Notes: generated from the sequence alone by a model not told the origin. A stretch of 64,000 bases of DNA from an uncultured Muribaculaceae bacterium (GCA_958436175.1 CAUBJF010000011.1:15507-79506), one strand, 5' to 3'; numbered from the stretch's first letter, positions 1 to 10,444 are shown. Numbers and translations are program-made.

Positions 1-2
1 AC

Positions 3-722
3 ATCAGCGCTGCTCTCGCAGTCCGTGACGGTCGTCTCGCACAGACTATCGATTCTAAACTTGCCTTCGGTGCAGTCTCTTTTAGACGCGAAAACTCTGA
101 CTTCCTTTCCTCGACAACCGGCTACACTATCTGCAAATACGTTGATCCCTCTTATCCCCGTCAGCAGACAGTAACAGCAGGACAGAACGCTACCTCAGCT
201 CCTATCTACTGGCTCGCATTTACTTACTGCGACTATCTGGAAGCACGTGCCGAACTTGGCCAGCTCAACGATGCCGACGTTACTAAGTGCATCAAGCCCC
301 TCTGGGATCGTGCAGGTATTGATACCAGCAAGCTCAACAAGGCATACCTTGAATCTATGAACGACCCCGCAAACAATATGGGTGTTTCCTCTCTGCTATG
401 GGAGCTTCGCCGTCTGCGCCGTAGCGAACTTATGTTCGACCGCAACCACCGCTACTGGGATCTCGTCCGTTGGCACAAACTCGACCTTCTCGACTCCAAC
501 CAGCATCCCAACATCGTTCTCGGTGCCAACGTCTCTGAAGCTACAGACACTCAGCTTAACGGTGTAACAACCAGCGGCAACTATATCAACGCGGCCGCCA
601 TCGGCGACGCAGTCAATGTTCGAGTATTCAATGACCGTGAATATCTCCAGCCACTCGGTACGACTATCATCCGTCTTTACACCGACAAGGGTCTCGAACT
701 TCCCCAGAACCCGGGTTGGTAA
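3..722 (+). CDS. RagB/SusD family outer-membrane lipoprotein, C-terminal part (5' end outside window)
   Basis: The frame of ORF 357..722 reads from base 3 as ISAALAVRDGRLAQTI...STTGYTICKY. It carries the SusD C-terminal motifs ELRRLRRSELMFDRNHRYWDLVRW and LPQNPGW*. Confidence 0.9.
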   Translation: MSAALAVRDGRLAQTIDSKLAFGAVSFRRENSDFLSSTTGYTICKYVDPSYPRQQTVTAGQNATSAPIYWLAFTYCDYLEARAELGQLNDADVTKCIKPLWDRAGIDTSKLNKAYLESMNDPANNMGVSSLLWELRRLRRSELMFDRNHRYWDLVRWHKLDLLDSNQHPNIVLGANVSEATDTQLNGVTTSGNYINAAAIGDAVNVRVFNDREYLQPLGTTIIRLYTDKGLELPQNPGW

Positions 723-767
723 AAAGCCCATCCAATAAGAAATAATCAATTTACGGATATCTTTCAG

Positions 768-800
768 AAGCGCCGCAGCCAAACACTGCGGCGCTTTTTC
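768..800 (+). terminator. Intrinsic terminator after susD
   Basis: Inverted repeat aagcgccgcag / ctgcggcgctt followed by a T-run. Confidence 0.85.
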
Positions 801-862
801 AATCTTTAGCGGCTCTTAGTCTCCCTTGTCTCTGTGGATTAACAAACTTTATAGACCTTTTA

Positions 863-894
863 TTTGGAGAATTTACATTTGTTTGTTAATTTTG
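863..894 (+). promoter_or_regulatory. Bacteroidota sigma-A promoter for rprXY
   Basis: TTTG (863-866), 20-nt spacer, TAATTTTG (887-894). Matches the -33/-7 consensus. Confidence 0.65.
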
Positions 895-1063
895 ACGCAA
901 TATGTTAAACTTATGCTGTCTCTACTCATTTTTATGAATCGACGTGTTTAAGGCATAGCACTAACAAACATTTAGATTGGTTAATTGTTAACAAAATATA
1001 GGTTAAACTATTAAGGCAAGGTGGGCTTGACATTATCAATCTTTTCCGAACCACAATGAACAG

Positions 1064-2602
1064 ATGAAGAAACATACAATCTGGATATTGACAGTTATCA
1101 TGGCACTCTGCTTCATGGGTCTGCTCTGTATACAGATATTCTATATGAGGAATATCGTCAAGATACGTTATGAGCAGTTCTCTCAGGGTGTCCGCCAGAG
1201 CCTTGTGGCAGTCTCGACCCGTCTCGAACAGGATGAGACCCGTCATTTCCTCGAAGAAGATGTCAGCCATGTGGAGACTTCGGCACTCGTATCGCAGTAT
1301 CTCGGCGACCCGACCCCTAAGCTCGACGGCTTGAAATATTCCTTTACGACCTCTTCCGGCCTTGAAGGCGACCTCACCATCAAAGGCGACTCCGACGAGC
1401 TTTCGAAGCTCCAGAGCACGACAGGACGTGGAGGTTTCGGCTCTCACTATCAGGCTTTCCAGGACAGCTACCGTAACCGTTTCCTCTACCAGAGAGGCAT
1501 CCTCGATGATGTGATCCTCAACATCATGTCGAAGGCATCGAACCGCCCCATCACCGAGAGGGCCGATTCGGTGCTTGTCCGCACATATCTGCGTCAGGAA
1601 CTCGACACTCTCGGCCTCCACGTGCCCTTCGAATACGCAGTGGCTAACTATGCCGGGACGGTTCTCTACAAGTCACCCGGATATAGTACCGGGGCTGCCA
1701 ACCGCGACAATATGTTCGTCCAGGCTCTATTCCCCAACGACATCACCGGTCCCCACAACTACCTCAAGGTATATTTCCCGACAAAGGCCGACTATATCTT
1801 CTCGTCCATATCCTTTATGGTACCGGCCTTTGCCTTCACGCTTATCCTGCTGATAATCTTCGTCTATACAATCATAGTCGCTTTCAGACAGAAGAAGCTC
1901 ACGGAGATGAAGAACGACTTCATCAACAATATGACCCACGAGTTCAAGACCCCGATATCTTCCATATCGCTTGCCGCTCAGATGCTCAACGACCAGAGCG
2001 TACGCAAGTCGCCGACGATGCTCCAGCAGATATCGACGGTCATTACCGATGAGACCAAGCGACTCCGTTTCCAGGTCGAGAAGGTACTTCAGATGTCGAT
2101 GTTCGACCGCCAGAAGGCCACACTCAAGATTCAGGAAATAGATGCCAACGCGGCTATTTTCAATATCGTCAATACCTTCAAGCTTAAGGTCGAGAAGTAC
2201 GGCGGCTCCATATGCGCCAACCTCGATGCGATGGATGCCATCGTCGATGTCGACGAGATGCATTTCACCAATGTGATCTTCAACCTCCTCGACAATGCCG
2301 TCAAGTACCGCAGCGAGGATCGAGCACTTAAGCTTGTCGTAGCATCGCGCGACCTCGGTGAAGAGAAGCTCGAAATAACTATATCGGACAACGGTATCGG
2401 CATCCGTCGTGACGACCTTAAGAAGATTTTCGACAAGTTCTACCGTGTCTCGACGGGCAACCGCCACGATGTCAAGGGCTTCGGCCTCGGTCTGGCCTAC
2501 GTGCGCAAGATGATAGGCGAGCTCGGCGGCGAGATACGTGTCGAAAGCGAATTCAATGTAGGAACAAAATTTATCATAATACTCCCACTCTCTAAAAACT
2601 GA
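1064..2602 (+). CDS. rprX: Sensor histidine kinase RprX
   Basis: Two TM segments, H-box FINNMTHEFKTPISSI, N-box NLLDNAVKY, G-boxes DNGIGI and GFGLGL. Paired with rprY. Confidence 0.85.
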   Translation: MKKHTIWILTVIMALCFMGLLCIQIFYMRNIVKIRYEQFSQGVRQSLVAVSTRLEQDETRHFLEEDVSHVETSALVSQYLGDPTPKLDGLKYSFTTSSGLEGDLTIKGDSDELSKLQSTTGRGGFGSHYQAFQDSYRNRFLYQRGILDDVILNIMSKASNRPITERADSVLVRTYLRQELDTLGLHVPFEYAVANYAGTVLYKSPGYSTGAANRDNMFVQALFPNDITGPHNYLKVYFPTKADYIFSSISFMVPAFAFTLILLIIFVYTIIVAFRQKKLTEMKNDFINNMTHEFKTPISSISLAAQMLNDQSVRKSPTMLQQISTVITDETKRLRFQVEKVLQMSMFDRQKATLKIQEIDANAAIFNIVNTFKLKVEKYGGSICANLDAMDAIVDVDEMHFTNVIFNLLDNAVKYRSEDRALKLVVASRDLGEEKLEITISDNGIGIRRDDLKKIFDKFYRVSTGNRHDVKGFGLGLAYVRKMIGELGGEIRVESEFNVGTKFIIILPLSKN

Positions 2603-2607
2603 CAACT

Positions 2608-3318
2608 ATGGAAGACAGAATGAGAATTCTTCTGTGTGAAGACGACGAAAACCTGGGTATGCTCCTTCGCGAGTATCTCCAGGCCAAAGGCTACAATGCC
2701 GACCTCTTCGTCGACGGCGAAAGCGGCTACAAAGCCTTCCTGAAGGGGAAATACGACATCTGCGTGCTCGATGTGATGATGCCCAAGAAGGACGGATTCA
2801 CTCTCGCCCAGGAAATACGTACCGTTAATTCCGAAGTACCTATCATATTCCTCACGGCCAAGTCCCTCAAGGACGATATTCTCGAAGGTTTCAAGATCGG
2901 TGCCGACGACTATATCACCAAGCCTTTCTCGATGGAAGAGCTTGTATTCCGTATCGAAGCCATCCTGCGTCGCGTGAAGGGCAAGAAGGGCAAGGAAATC
3001 ACCATGTACAAGATCGGCAAGTTCACCTTCGACACCCAGAAGCAGGTACTCATGATCGGCGACAAGATCACCAAGCTCACCACCAAGGAATCCGAACTCC
3101 TGAGCCTGCTCTGCGCCCACGTCAACGAAATCCTCGAACGTAACTACGCCCTGAAGACTATCTGGATAGACGACAACTACTTCAACGCCCGTTCGATGGA
3201 TGTCTATATCACCAAGCTCCGCAAGCACCTCAAAGATGATCCCTCTATCGAGATTATCAACATCCACGGCAAGGGATACAAGCTCATCGCTCCCGAGAAC
3301 GAAGCATCCGCAAGCTGA
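2608..3318 (+). CDS. rprY: OmpR-family response regulator RprY
   Basis: REC domain (LLCEDD, LDVMMP, KPF) plus winged helix (RSMDVYITKLRK, HGKGYKL). Typical Bacteroidales RprY sequence. Confidence 0.9.
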   Translation: MEDRMRILLCEDDENLGMLLREYLQAKGYNADLFVDGESGYKAFLKGKYDICVLDVMMPKKDGFTLAQEIRTVNSEVPIIFLTAKSLKDDILEGFKIGADDYITKPFSMEELVFRIEAILRRVKGKKGKEITMYKIGKFTFDTQKQVLMIGDKITKLTTKESELLSLLCAHVNEILERNYALKTIWIDDNYFNARSMDVYITKLRKHLKDDPSIEIINIHGKGYKLIAPENEASAS

Positions 3319-3335
3319 TATATCCAAGCTTAGAT

Positions 3336-3384
3336 AAAACAACCCTGCACCGGCCTACGGGCTATGATGCAGGGTTTTGTTTTG
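3336..3384. terminator. Probable bidirectional terminator between rprY and the convergent SDR gene
   Basis: Stem aaccctgca / tgcagggtt flanked by A-rich and T-rich tracts. Overlaps the SDR stop codon. Confidence 0.6.
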
Positions 3385-4177
3385 TCTCTATTTCAGCAAT
3401 AAGCCTTCGCGTGTCAGCATCGTCGGCATCGTATTTCAAGCGGCTCGTACTTCCTCTGGCATAGGCGACGAAACATCCCTTTTCGAGACGGAAAGCGTTG
3501 ACAGCGGCCTGAGAGCCTTTGCGGGCTGAACGGATGAGGGGGCGGAAAAGCTTGTCCGCTAATCTGTCGTACCAGCGGTGCATTGAAATCATACCCGTGT
3601 CGACGATGCCCGGGTCAGCGCAGTTCACGACGAGCTCTGGATGACATTTCTGGAGATAGCAAGCATAGAGGCTGATTGCTGCCTTGGAGCGCCCGTATGT
3701 GCCGAGTTGTGAGAATTCTTTTTCTGTAACGGCAATATGCAGATGTCGGGGACTGTAGAAGCGGCGCGTCAGGGAGGTAGTGAATACGATGTGAGCACCG
3801 GGATTAAGAATGGAGAGCAGTCCCTCGGTCAGCATAGCCGGGCCTAAAACGTTCACAGCCATGGTGTTTTCGACACCGAAACCGCTCAGTTTGTAGTAGC
3901 GGTTCATGATGCCGGCGTTGTTGATTATTCCGTCGAGACGTTCCTCGCTGTCTGTCAACGTCTTGCAAAGCACTTTTATCGAGTCCGGCGATGAGAGGTC
4001 GAGCTTGGCTACCCGGATATCCGTATTGCTATTGCGGAGTGTCCGGGCAAGATTTTCGCCTCTTTCGGTGTTGCGTACAGCCAGTATGAGGCCGTAGCCC
4101 ATCTCGGCGAACAGACGCGCCAGTTCCCGGCCCATGCCGCCTGTGGCTCCAGTAAGAAGGATAAGTTTAGGACTCAT
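3362..4177 (-). CDS. Short-chain dehydrogenase/reductase (retinol-DH-like classical SDR)
   Basis: TGATGGMG, NNAG and YGRSK motifs. Likely start is MSPK at 4177, an ATGA overlap with the upstream SDR stop. Confidence 0.9.
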   Translation of the reverse strand: MSPKLILLTGATGGMGRELARLFAEMGYGLILAVRNTERGENLARTLRNSNTDIRVAKLDLSSPDSIKVLCKTLTDSEERLDGIINNAGIMNRYYKLSGFGVENTMAVNVLGPAMLTEGLLSILNPGAHIVFTTSLTRRFYSPRHLHIAVTEKEFSQLGTYGRSKAAISLYACYLQKCHPELVVNCADPGIVDTGMISMHRWYDRLADKLFRPLIRSARKGSQAAVNAFRLEKGCFVAYARGSTSRLKYDADDADTRRLIAEIETKQNPAS

Positions 4178-4977
4178 TTCTGCTTGTCGAGCATCTTGTG
4201 TTTCACGATAAGCCTCGCACGTGTTGGCAGGACGGCTACAATGACGATAGCAAGGCGGTTCAGCAGGCCGTTGACGTACTGTTTTCGGCCTTTGAAAAGA
4301 CGGGAAAGTGCCTTGCTGACGAATTTCGAGGGTGTGGCAAGGGCTCCGACGCGTACACCCAATTTCTGCAAGCTTTTCGGTAACCCGAACAAGTCGGTAG
4401 CTATACCTCCGGGACATGCCACCATGACATGAACACCTTTTTCGAGCATTTCGAGATGCAGGGCGCGGCTGAACACCCGGATATACGATTTCGTGGCTGA
4501 GTACATGCCAATGCCCGGCATGGGCATCCAGCAGGACATGGACGACATATTGAGTATCCGGCCTGAGCCTCGTTCGGCCATACGTCGGGCAAAGAGCAGC
4601 GACAGCTCAGTGACAGCGCGTATATGTAGGTCGAGATAGAGCGAGGTTTCTTTCGTCGACATCGTGTCCATGGTCTTGAAAGAAAATATGCCGGCGTTGT
4701 TGATGAGTATTTCTACCGGCGGCATACCTTCCGTTGCTTCAGCGACTGTCTCGGCAGCTCCGGGAGTTGTGAGGTCGAGACAGAGCGTACGGACGTTTAT
4801 CTTCCAGTCCTTTCTTATCTCTTCTGCGATGTTCAGCAGCTGCTCGTCGCAGTTACTTACGAGCAGGAGGCTATAGCCCATGGCAGCAAGCTGTCGGGCA
4901 AATTCGGCTCCTATGCCCGACGAGCCGCCTGTGACGACGGCTGTAAGACTATCGGCTGCAACTGTGCCTCTTTTCAT
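4174..4977 (-). CDS. Classical SDR, candidate 3-beta-hydroxysteroid dehydrogenase
   Basis: TGGSSGIG, NNAG and YSATK motifs. Substrate is inferred only from position next to 5-alpha-reductase and OYE genes. Confidence 0.85.
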   Translation of the reverse strand: MKRGTVAADSLTAVVTGGSSGIGAEFARQLAAMGYSLLLVSNCDEQLLNIAEEIRKDWKINVRTLCLDLTTPGAAETVAEATEGMPPVEILINNAGIFSFKTMDTMSTKETSLYLDLHIRAVTELSLLFARRMAERGSGRILNMSSMSCWMPMPGIGMYSATKSYIRVFSRALHLEMLEKGVHVMVACPGGIATDLFGLPKSLQKLGVRVGALATPSKFVSKALSRLFKGRKQYVNGLLNRLAIVIVAVLPTRARLIVKHKMLDKQK

Positions 4978-6193
4978 CTCTTGCCTTGATTTCTTCGATT
5001 TCCTTTTGCAGGGAGCAGGGCAGGTCGCATACGTGCTTGTGACACTTCATGTCGATGGTGTACATTCGGCCTATGCAGTAGTTTGTGTGGTCGCAGTCGC
5101 AACGCTCGGCACCGTCCTTCATCCTGTTGACGAAATCGGGCTGGTTGACGAGGGCGCGTGCCATCTGTACGAAATCGAAACCGCTGTCGAGGACCTTGTC
5201 GATACCGGAGCGGCTAACGGCACCGCCGACATAGATCAGCGGCATCTTCAGTTCGCTGCGGAAACTCAAAGCATCGTCGAGGAAATAGAGCTCTTCGAAA
5301 GGGACTGTCGGTATCATCATCCGTCCTGCAAGACGTACGCCGTATTTGAGCCACCAGCAGTCCATATAGTGGGTTAGTGTCTTGATAGGCATCTCGCCGC
5401 GCATGACGTACATTGGCGCTTTGCTTACGAAACCGCCGCTGAGGACGAGCGCGTCGAGCCCCATATTTTCGAGCTCGCGTGCCACGGTGATGCAGTCGTC
5501 GATTTCGAGTCCGCCCTTGAAGCCGTCGCGCATATTGACCTTGGCGATGACGGCGATTTTGCCGTCGGCTGCTTTCTGTACTTCTTCCATACACATACGC
5601 ATGAAGCGCATACGATTGTCGAGCGAGCCTCCGAAGCCGTCACGGCGATGGTTGGTATATGGCGAGAGGAACTGACTGATGAGGTAGCCGTGGCCGGCAT
5701 GCACTTCGATGCAGTCGAAGCCGCTGTCGATGGCTATTCGCGCGGCATTGCCGAATTCGGCCGCTACCTTGGGCAGCTCGTCGGCACGAAGTCCGCGTAC
5801 GAGGGTAGGGGAATAGATGTTGAAGCCCGTGCAGGCTCCTACAGGAGTCTCGCCGCAGATATTCTTGTGCGACATGTTGCCGCAGTGGCCAAGCTGTATG
5901 GAGGCTTTCGCACCGTGCGAGTGTATGGAATCCGTGAGGTCTGTAAGTCCCGGTATGATGTCCTTTCGGAGCCACAACTGCCTTGGGAAGGACAATCCGC
6001 TCTTCATCACCGCCGCATAGGCCACGGTCGTCATACCCACTCCTCCGGCTGCAACTGAGGTATGGTAGTCTTTGAGGACCTGGGAGGGGCTGTTGTTTTC
6101 CGCCATGCCCTCGAAGGCGGCGCTGCGAATAGTGCGGTTGCGAAGCCTTATGGGACCGAGGTCACATTCGGTGAAAAGTTTGGATTGTGTCAT
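4949..6193 (-). CDS. NADH:flavin oxidoreductase (old yellow enzyme family), candidate steroid 5-beta-reductase
   Basis: LRNRTIRSAA, QLGHCG, EVHAGHGYLISQFLSP, NHRRDGFGGSLDNR and a C-terminal Cys cluster. Confidence 0.9.
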   Translation of the reverse strand: MTQSKLFTECDLGPIRLRNRTIRSAAFEGMAENNSPSQVLKDYHTSVAAGGVGMTTVAYAAVMKSGLSFPRQLWLRKDIIPGLTDLTDSIHSHGAKASIQLGHCGNMSHKNICGETPVGACTGFNIYSPTLVRGLRADELPKVAAEFGNAARIAIDSGFDCIEVHAGHGYLISQFLSPYTNHRRDGFGGSLDNRMRFMRMCMEEVQKAADGKIAVIAKVNMRDGFKGGLEIDDCITVARELENMGLDALVLSGGFVSKAPMYVMRGEMPIKTLTHYMDCWWLKYGVRLAGRMMIPTVPFEELYFLDDALSFRSELKMPLIYVGGAVSRSGIDKVLDSGFDFVQMARALVNQPDFVNRMKDGAERCDCDHTNYCIGRMYTIDMKCHKHVCDLPCSLQKEIEEIKARDEKRHSCSR

Positions 6194-6197
6194 GGGG

Positions 6198-6968
6198 TCA
6201 GTAGATGAAAGGTATCATGCTTTTAAGTCCGAGCTTAGTGTATTGATCTCCGAACTCGGTTTTGTATTTTTCGTTGATTTTGCGTGCTCTCGGAGCGAGA
6301 TTGGCGAATGTCCATAGAGCGAAGACAGCCCCGGCCCAGCTCCATGTGAGGAGTGCGAAGCCGCACCATTCGACGAATTCCCCGAAGTAATTGGCGCAGC
6401 AGACGTAGTTGTACATCCCTCCGCGAGGTATGTAGTGTGCCGTGTCGCCGGGCTTGCGGAGATGCCGTATTATGTTGTCGCTATGGAGGTTGATGGCCAT
6501 GCCGGTGAAGAAGACAATGGTTCCGGCGATGAACTGCCAGGAATACAGCCACGTGACAGGGTATCGGTCGTCCGGACTGACATAGAATATCCATCCGCCT
6601 TGCATCAGTGCGTTGAGCAGGTTGAAGCAGATGCCTGAGAGGATGATCGTCAGGGGCATCTTGCTATGGCCTCTCATCAGCAGTGGAAAGATGAAGGAGC
6701 GTTGGAAATAATGAAGCTCGAAGAGGATGAGGAACACAAGCGGCACTGTCTCCGTACGTCTGCCAGAGAACCACCATAATGCCAGCATGGCGAAGAAAAC
6801 GGGCGATTCCATGAGAATCCAGCCTGTCTTATTGTCGATCGCCGGACCCCAGCGATGAGTGTACATCATGCCGTATCCTGCTGTAATCTTATTGAGGGCA
6901 AAGAAGACGATGACGGCAAGAATACTCATGCCGACAAGGAAGATGTTGAAGACGTGGGGAGAAATCAT
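6198..6968 (-). CDS. 3-oxo-5-alpha-steroid 4-dehydrogenase (steroid 5-alpha-reductase family, DUF1295)
   Basis: Polytopic membrane protein with GWILME, HYFQR, GMAINLHSD..IRHLR, IPRGGMYNYVCCANYFGEFVEW, NLAPRA and IPFIY. Confidence 0.9.
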   Translation of the reverse strand: MISPHVFNIFLVGMSILAVIVFFALNKITAGYGMMYTHRWGPAIDNKTGWILMESPVFFAMLALWWFSGRRTETVPLVFLILFELHYFQRSFIFPLLMRGHSKMPLTIILSGICFNLLNALMQGGWIFYVSPDDRYPVTWLYSWQFIAGTIVFFTGMAINLHSDNIIRHLRKPGDTAHYIPRGGMYNYVCCANYFGEFVEWCGFALLTWSWAGAVFALWTFANLAPRARKINEKYKTEFGDQYTKLGLKSMIPFIY

Positions 6969-6979
6969 GGCCGGGAGCT

Positions 6980-7762
6980 TTATTTCGCACCTAAGATTGC
7001 GATAGCGTTGAGGCGATGCTCCAGTTCGGTGCTGCTCAGTCGTGTAGAGAGCTTGCCACGGTGTGCCACCGAGATATTACCGGTCTCTTCCGACACTACG
7101 ACGGCGACAGCGTCTGTTGCCTGCGCAATACCGAGTGCCGAACGGTGACGGAGGCCCAGGGTACGGGGCACGTCGCTGTCGTGGCTGACAGGCAGGATGC
7201 ATCCGGCAGAGGTCAGACGGTTGTGGGTTATAATCAGTGCGCCGTCGTGGAGAGGCGAGTTCTTGAAGAAGATATTCTCTATAAGGCGTGTATTGATGTT
7301 GGCATCGATGATATCACCCGATTTGCAGTAGTTGTCGAGTGGTATGGTCTGCTCGATGACTATTAGTGCGCCAGTCTTGCTTTTCGACATGCTCATACAG
7401 GCATATACGACAGGTATCACCCATGCAAGCTCTTCGTTCTCAATGTTTTGTTTGTGATGATGGAAAAGCTTCGAGAGGAAACGCCATCGTCTGTGAGAGC
7501 CGAGTTCGACGAGGAAACGTTTGATAGGTTCCTGGAAAAGGATGACAAGGATGATAAGACCGATAGCCATGAATTTGTCCAGTATGGTGCCTATCAGGCG
7601 CATATTGAATATTTCGGAAGCAAAGACCCATACGACGATGAAGGCGAGTACACCGTAGAAGATGTTTATAGTTCCCGATTCCTTCATCAGGCGGTAGATA
7701 TAGTAGATAAGTACCGCGAAGAGGACAATGTCTATGATGTCTTTGATTCCGATTGTGAACAT
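6980..7762 (-). CDS. cdaA: Diadenylate cyclase CdaA (TIGR00159 type)
   Basis: Three N-terminal TMs plus DAC motifs GALIVI, PLHDGA, GLRHRSA and VSEETG. Confidence 0.92.
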   Translation of the reverse strand: MFTIGIKDIIDIVLFAVLIYYIYRLMKESGTINIFYGVLAFIVVWVFASEIFNMRLIGTILDKFMAIGLIILVILFQEPIKRFLVELGSHRRWRFLSKLFHHHKQNIENEELAWVIPVVYACMSMSKSKTGALIVIEQTIPLDNYCKSGDIIDANINTRLIENIFFKNSPLHDGALIITHNRLTSAGCILPVSHDSDVPRTLGLRHRSALGIAQATDAVAVVVSEETGNISVAHRGKLSTRLSSTELEHRLNAIAILGAK

Positions 7763-7765
7763 GGT

Positions 7766-8605
7766 TTACTTGTTTAAAGCTTGGTAAATCTTTACTGTCT
7801 GCACGGCTGGTAGGACGTCGTGGACGCGAAGAATGGCTGCACCACGGTCGAGGGCAAATGCATGGACTGCCGTTGTTCCTTCGAGAGCTTCGGGAGCTGT
7901 GATGTCGAGTAACTTGGTTATCATCGACTTTCGGGAAACACCGACCAGGACGGGGCGGCGGAGTATGCCGAATTTGTCGAGATTGGCGAGGAGTTCGTAA
8001 TTCTGTTCCAAGGTCTTTGCAAAACCGAATCCAGGGTCTACAATGATGTCGGCAACGCCGGTGGCTTCGAGGCGTGCCACGGCCTCGGCAAGTTCGGAGA
8101 TTATGTCGGCCGTGAGATTGTTGTACTGTGTGAGAGTACCCATGGTGTCAGGCGTGCCGCGCATGTGCATTAGTATGTAGGGGCATTTGAGTTCGGCAAC
8201 GGTGTCGAACATATGTTCATCAAGCTTGCCTCCCGATACATCATTAATGATGTCGGCCCCCCACTGTTCTATTGCCAGCCGTGCAATATTAGCGCGGAAG
8301 GTATCGATGGAAATGGGTATTTCACGGCCTATTGCTTCACGTATTGCAGGGACGACGGCTCCGAGTCGCCTTATTTCTTCTTCTTCGCTGACTTCAGCTG
8401 CGCCGGGGCGTGTGGAATAGCCTCCGATGTCGAGCATATCGGCGCCTTGCGATATCATTTTTTTTGCTCGTTCGACTGCCTTACTTGTTTCCGGCACTCT
8501 CGATGCGTCATAGAACGAGTCGGGTGTTATATTCACAATACCCATAACGGCAGGCCGGTCGTATTCGACCAGTCTGCCGTTTATATTTAGGCTGAAGGAA
8601 TTCAT
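7766..8605 (-). CDS. folP: Dihydropteroate synthase
   Basis: MGIVNITPDSFYD, DIGGYSTRPG, SIDTF, INDVSG, DPGFGF, SRKS and RVHDV motifs. Confidence 0.96.
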   Translation of the reverse strand: MNSFSLNINGRLVEYDRPAVMGIVNITPDSFYDASRVPETSKAVERAKKMISQGADMLDIGGYSTRPGAAEVSEEEEIRRLGAVVPAIREAIGREIPISIDTFRANIARLAIEQWGADIINDVSGGKLDEHMFDTVAELKCPYILMHMRGTPDTMGTLTQYNNLTADIISELAEAVARLEATGVADIIVDPGFGFAKTLEQNYELLANLDKFGILRRPVLVGVSRKSMITKLLDITAPEALEGTTAVHAFALDRGAAILRVHDVLPAVQTVKIYQALNK

Positions 8606-8647
8606 GATATAAAAAATGTCGGGACTACGTCCCTGATTATGGCCCGT

Positions 8648-10444
8648 TCAGCGGTTGGCGCGTTTGCGTTCAATTTCGTCGAGTATAATCTTGCGGAGAC
8701 GGATATGATGGGGCGTTACCTCTACATATTCGTCTTCCTTGATATATTCGAGCGCTTCTTCGAGGCTGAACACAACCGGGGGGACGATACGCGCCTTGTC
8801 GTCGGCTCCGGAAGCTCGCATATTGGTGAGCTTCTTGCTCTTGGTAACGTTGACGGGTATATCGTTGTCCTTGGCATTTTCGCCAACGACCTGTCCGGCA
8901 TAGACCTCTTCCTGGGGGAAGATGAAGAAGCGTCCGCGGTCCTGGAGCTTGTCGATAGCGTAGGCGTATGCAGTGCCGGATTCGACAGCTATGAGGGAGC
9001 CGTTTGTACGACGTTCGATATCTCCTTTCCAAGGTTGGTATTCGAGGAAACGGTGTGCCATGATGGCTTCGCCGGCCGAAGCCGTCATAAGATTGCTGCG
9101 CAGACCGATGATGCCGCGCGACGGTATCTGGAATTCGAGCTGTACGCGGTCGTTCTTGGTCTCCATAGCTGTAAGATCGCCTTTACGGCGTGTCACCATG
9201 TCGATCATCTTCGAAGAGTATTCTTCGGGAACATTGATGGTGAGCTGTTCGACAGGTTCGCACTTCACGCCGTCGATTTCCTTGACGATGACCTGCGGCT
9301 GGCCTACCTGGAGTTCATAGCCTTCGCGGCGCATTGTTTCGATAAGCACGGACAGATGGAGGACGCCACGGCCATAGACTATCCACTGGTCTTCGCGGTT
9401 GCCTTTGCTGACACGGAGAGCGAGGTTGCGATCGAGTTCGGCAGTAAGGCGGTCGCCGATGTGGCGTGATGTCACATACTTGCCGTCCTTGCCGAAGAAC
9501 GGGCTGTCGTTGATGGTGAAAGTCATCGACATTGTGGGTTCGTCGATGGCGATACGGGGAAGAGGTTCAGGATTATCGGGAATGGAGATAGTGTCGCCGA
9601 TTTCGAAGCCTTCGAGACCTACGATGGCGCATATGTCGCCGTTCTGGACCGATTCAACCTTTTTGCGACCCATACCTTCGAAAGTGTGCAGTTCCTTGAT
9701 GCGTTGCTTCGATATCGAACCGTCTTTGCGACAGAGGGCAATATCCTGACCCTCGCGTATCTCGCCGCGATGAACACGACCGATAGCGATACGGCCAACG
9801 TATTTGGAATAGTCGAGCGATGTGATTAGCATCTGTGTCTCGCCGGGATTCTCTGCCGGACCGGGTATGTTTTCGATGATGGCATCGAGGAGGGGAGTGA
9901 TGTTGTCGGTCGGGTTCTTATAGTCCGTACTCATCCAACCCTGCTTGGCAGAACCATAGAGTGTCGGGAAATCAAGCTGATCTTCGGTAGCATCGAGATT
10001 GAACATGAGGTCGAACACCAGTTCCTGGACTTCTTCGGGGCGGCAGTTGGGTTTGTCGACCTTGTTGATTACCACCATGGGCTTGAGGCCCATTTCGATT
10101 GCTTTCTGGAGCACGAAGCGGGTCTGGGGCATTGGGCCTTCGAAAGCGTCGACGAGGAGGAGGCATCCGTCGGCCATGTTGAGTACACGCTCCACTTCGC
10201 CGCCGAAGTCAGCGTGCCCCGGGGTGTCGATGATGTTGATTTTATAGCCTTTATAGTTGATGGATACGTTCTTGGAGAGGATTGTGATACCACGCTCCCT
10301 TTCAAGGTCGTTGTTGTCGAGAATCAGTTCTCCTGCTTTCTGGTTTTCGCGGAAGAGGTGACCTGCAAGCAGCATCTTGTCGACAAGGGTCGTCTTTCCG
10401 TGGTCTACGTGCGCAATGATTGCGATATTACGGATATTCTGCAT
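8648..10444 (-). CDS. typA: Translational GTPase TypA/BipA
   Basis: [28 protein letters not shown] and C-terminal KLTNMRAS...EVTP. Start MQNIRNIA at 10444. Confidence 0.97.
   Translation of the reverse strand: MQNIRNIAIIAHVDHGKTTLVDKMLLAGHLFRENQKAGELILDNNDLERERGITILSKNVSINYKGYKINIIDTPGHADFGGEVERVLNMADGCLLLVDAFEGPMPQTRFVLQKAIEMGLKPMVVINKVDKPNCRPEEVQELVFDLMFNLDATEDQLDFPTLYGSAKQGWMSTDYKNPTDNITPLLDAIIENIPGPAENPGETQMLITSLDYSKYVGRIAIGRVHRGEIREGQDIALCRKDGSISKQRIKELHTFEGMGRKKVESVQNGDICAIVGLEGFEIGDTISIPDNPEPLPRIAIDEPTMSMTFTINDSPFFGKDGKYVTSRHIGDRLTAELDRNLALRVSKGNREDQWIVYGRGVLHLSVLIETMRREGYELQVGQPQVIVKEIDGVKCEPVEQLTINVPEEYSSKMIDMVTRRKGDLTAMETKNDRVQLEFQIPSRGIIGLRSNLMTASAGEAIMAHRFLEYQPWKGDIERRTNGSLIAVESGTAYAYAIDKLQDRGRFFIFPQEEVYAGQVVGENAKDNDIPVNVTKSKKLTNMRASGADDKARIVPPVVFSLEEALEYIKEDEYVEVTPHHIRLRKIILDEIERKRANR

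Noticed and set aside
1727..3342. Long minus-strand ORFs opposite rprX/rprY (and similar shadows opposite typA, guaA, susC, GH16, ompA)
   Set aside because: Antisense shadows of well-supported genes with no protein features.
4178..4417. Upstream extensions of listed ORFs (SDR 4417; also AKR 28321, hydrolase 24290, susC 39382, lipoprotein 59338)
   Set aside because: They overlap neighbouring genes or promoter boxes. Downstream ATGs fit domain starts or signal peptides better.
6980..7762. Cyclic-nucleotide anti-phage (CBASS-like) system
   Set aside because: This is the housekeeping membrane CdaA next to folP, not a CD-NTase, and no effector genes are adjacent.
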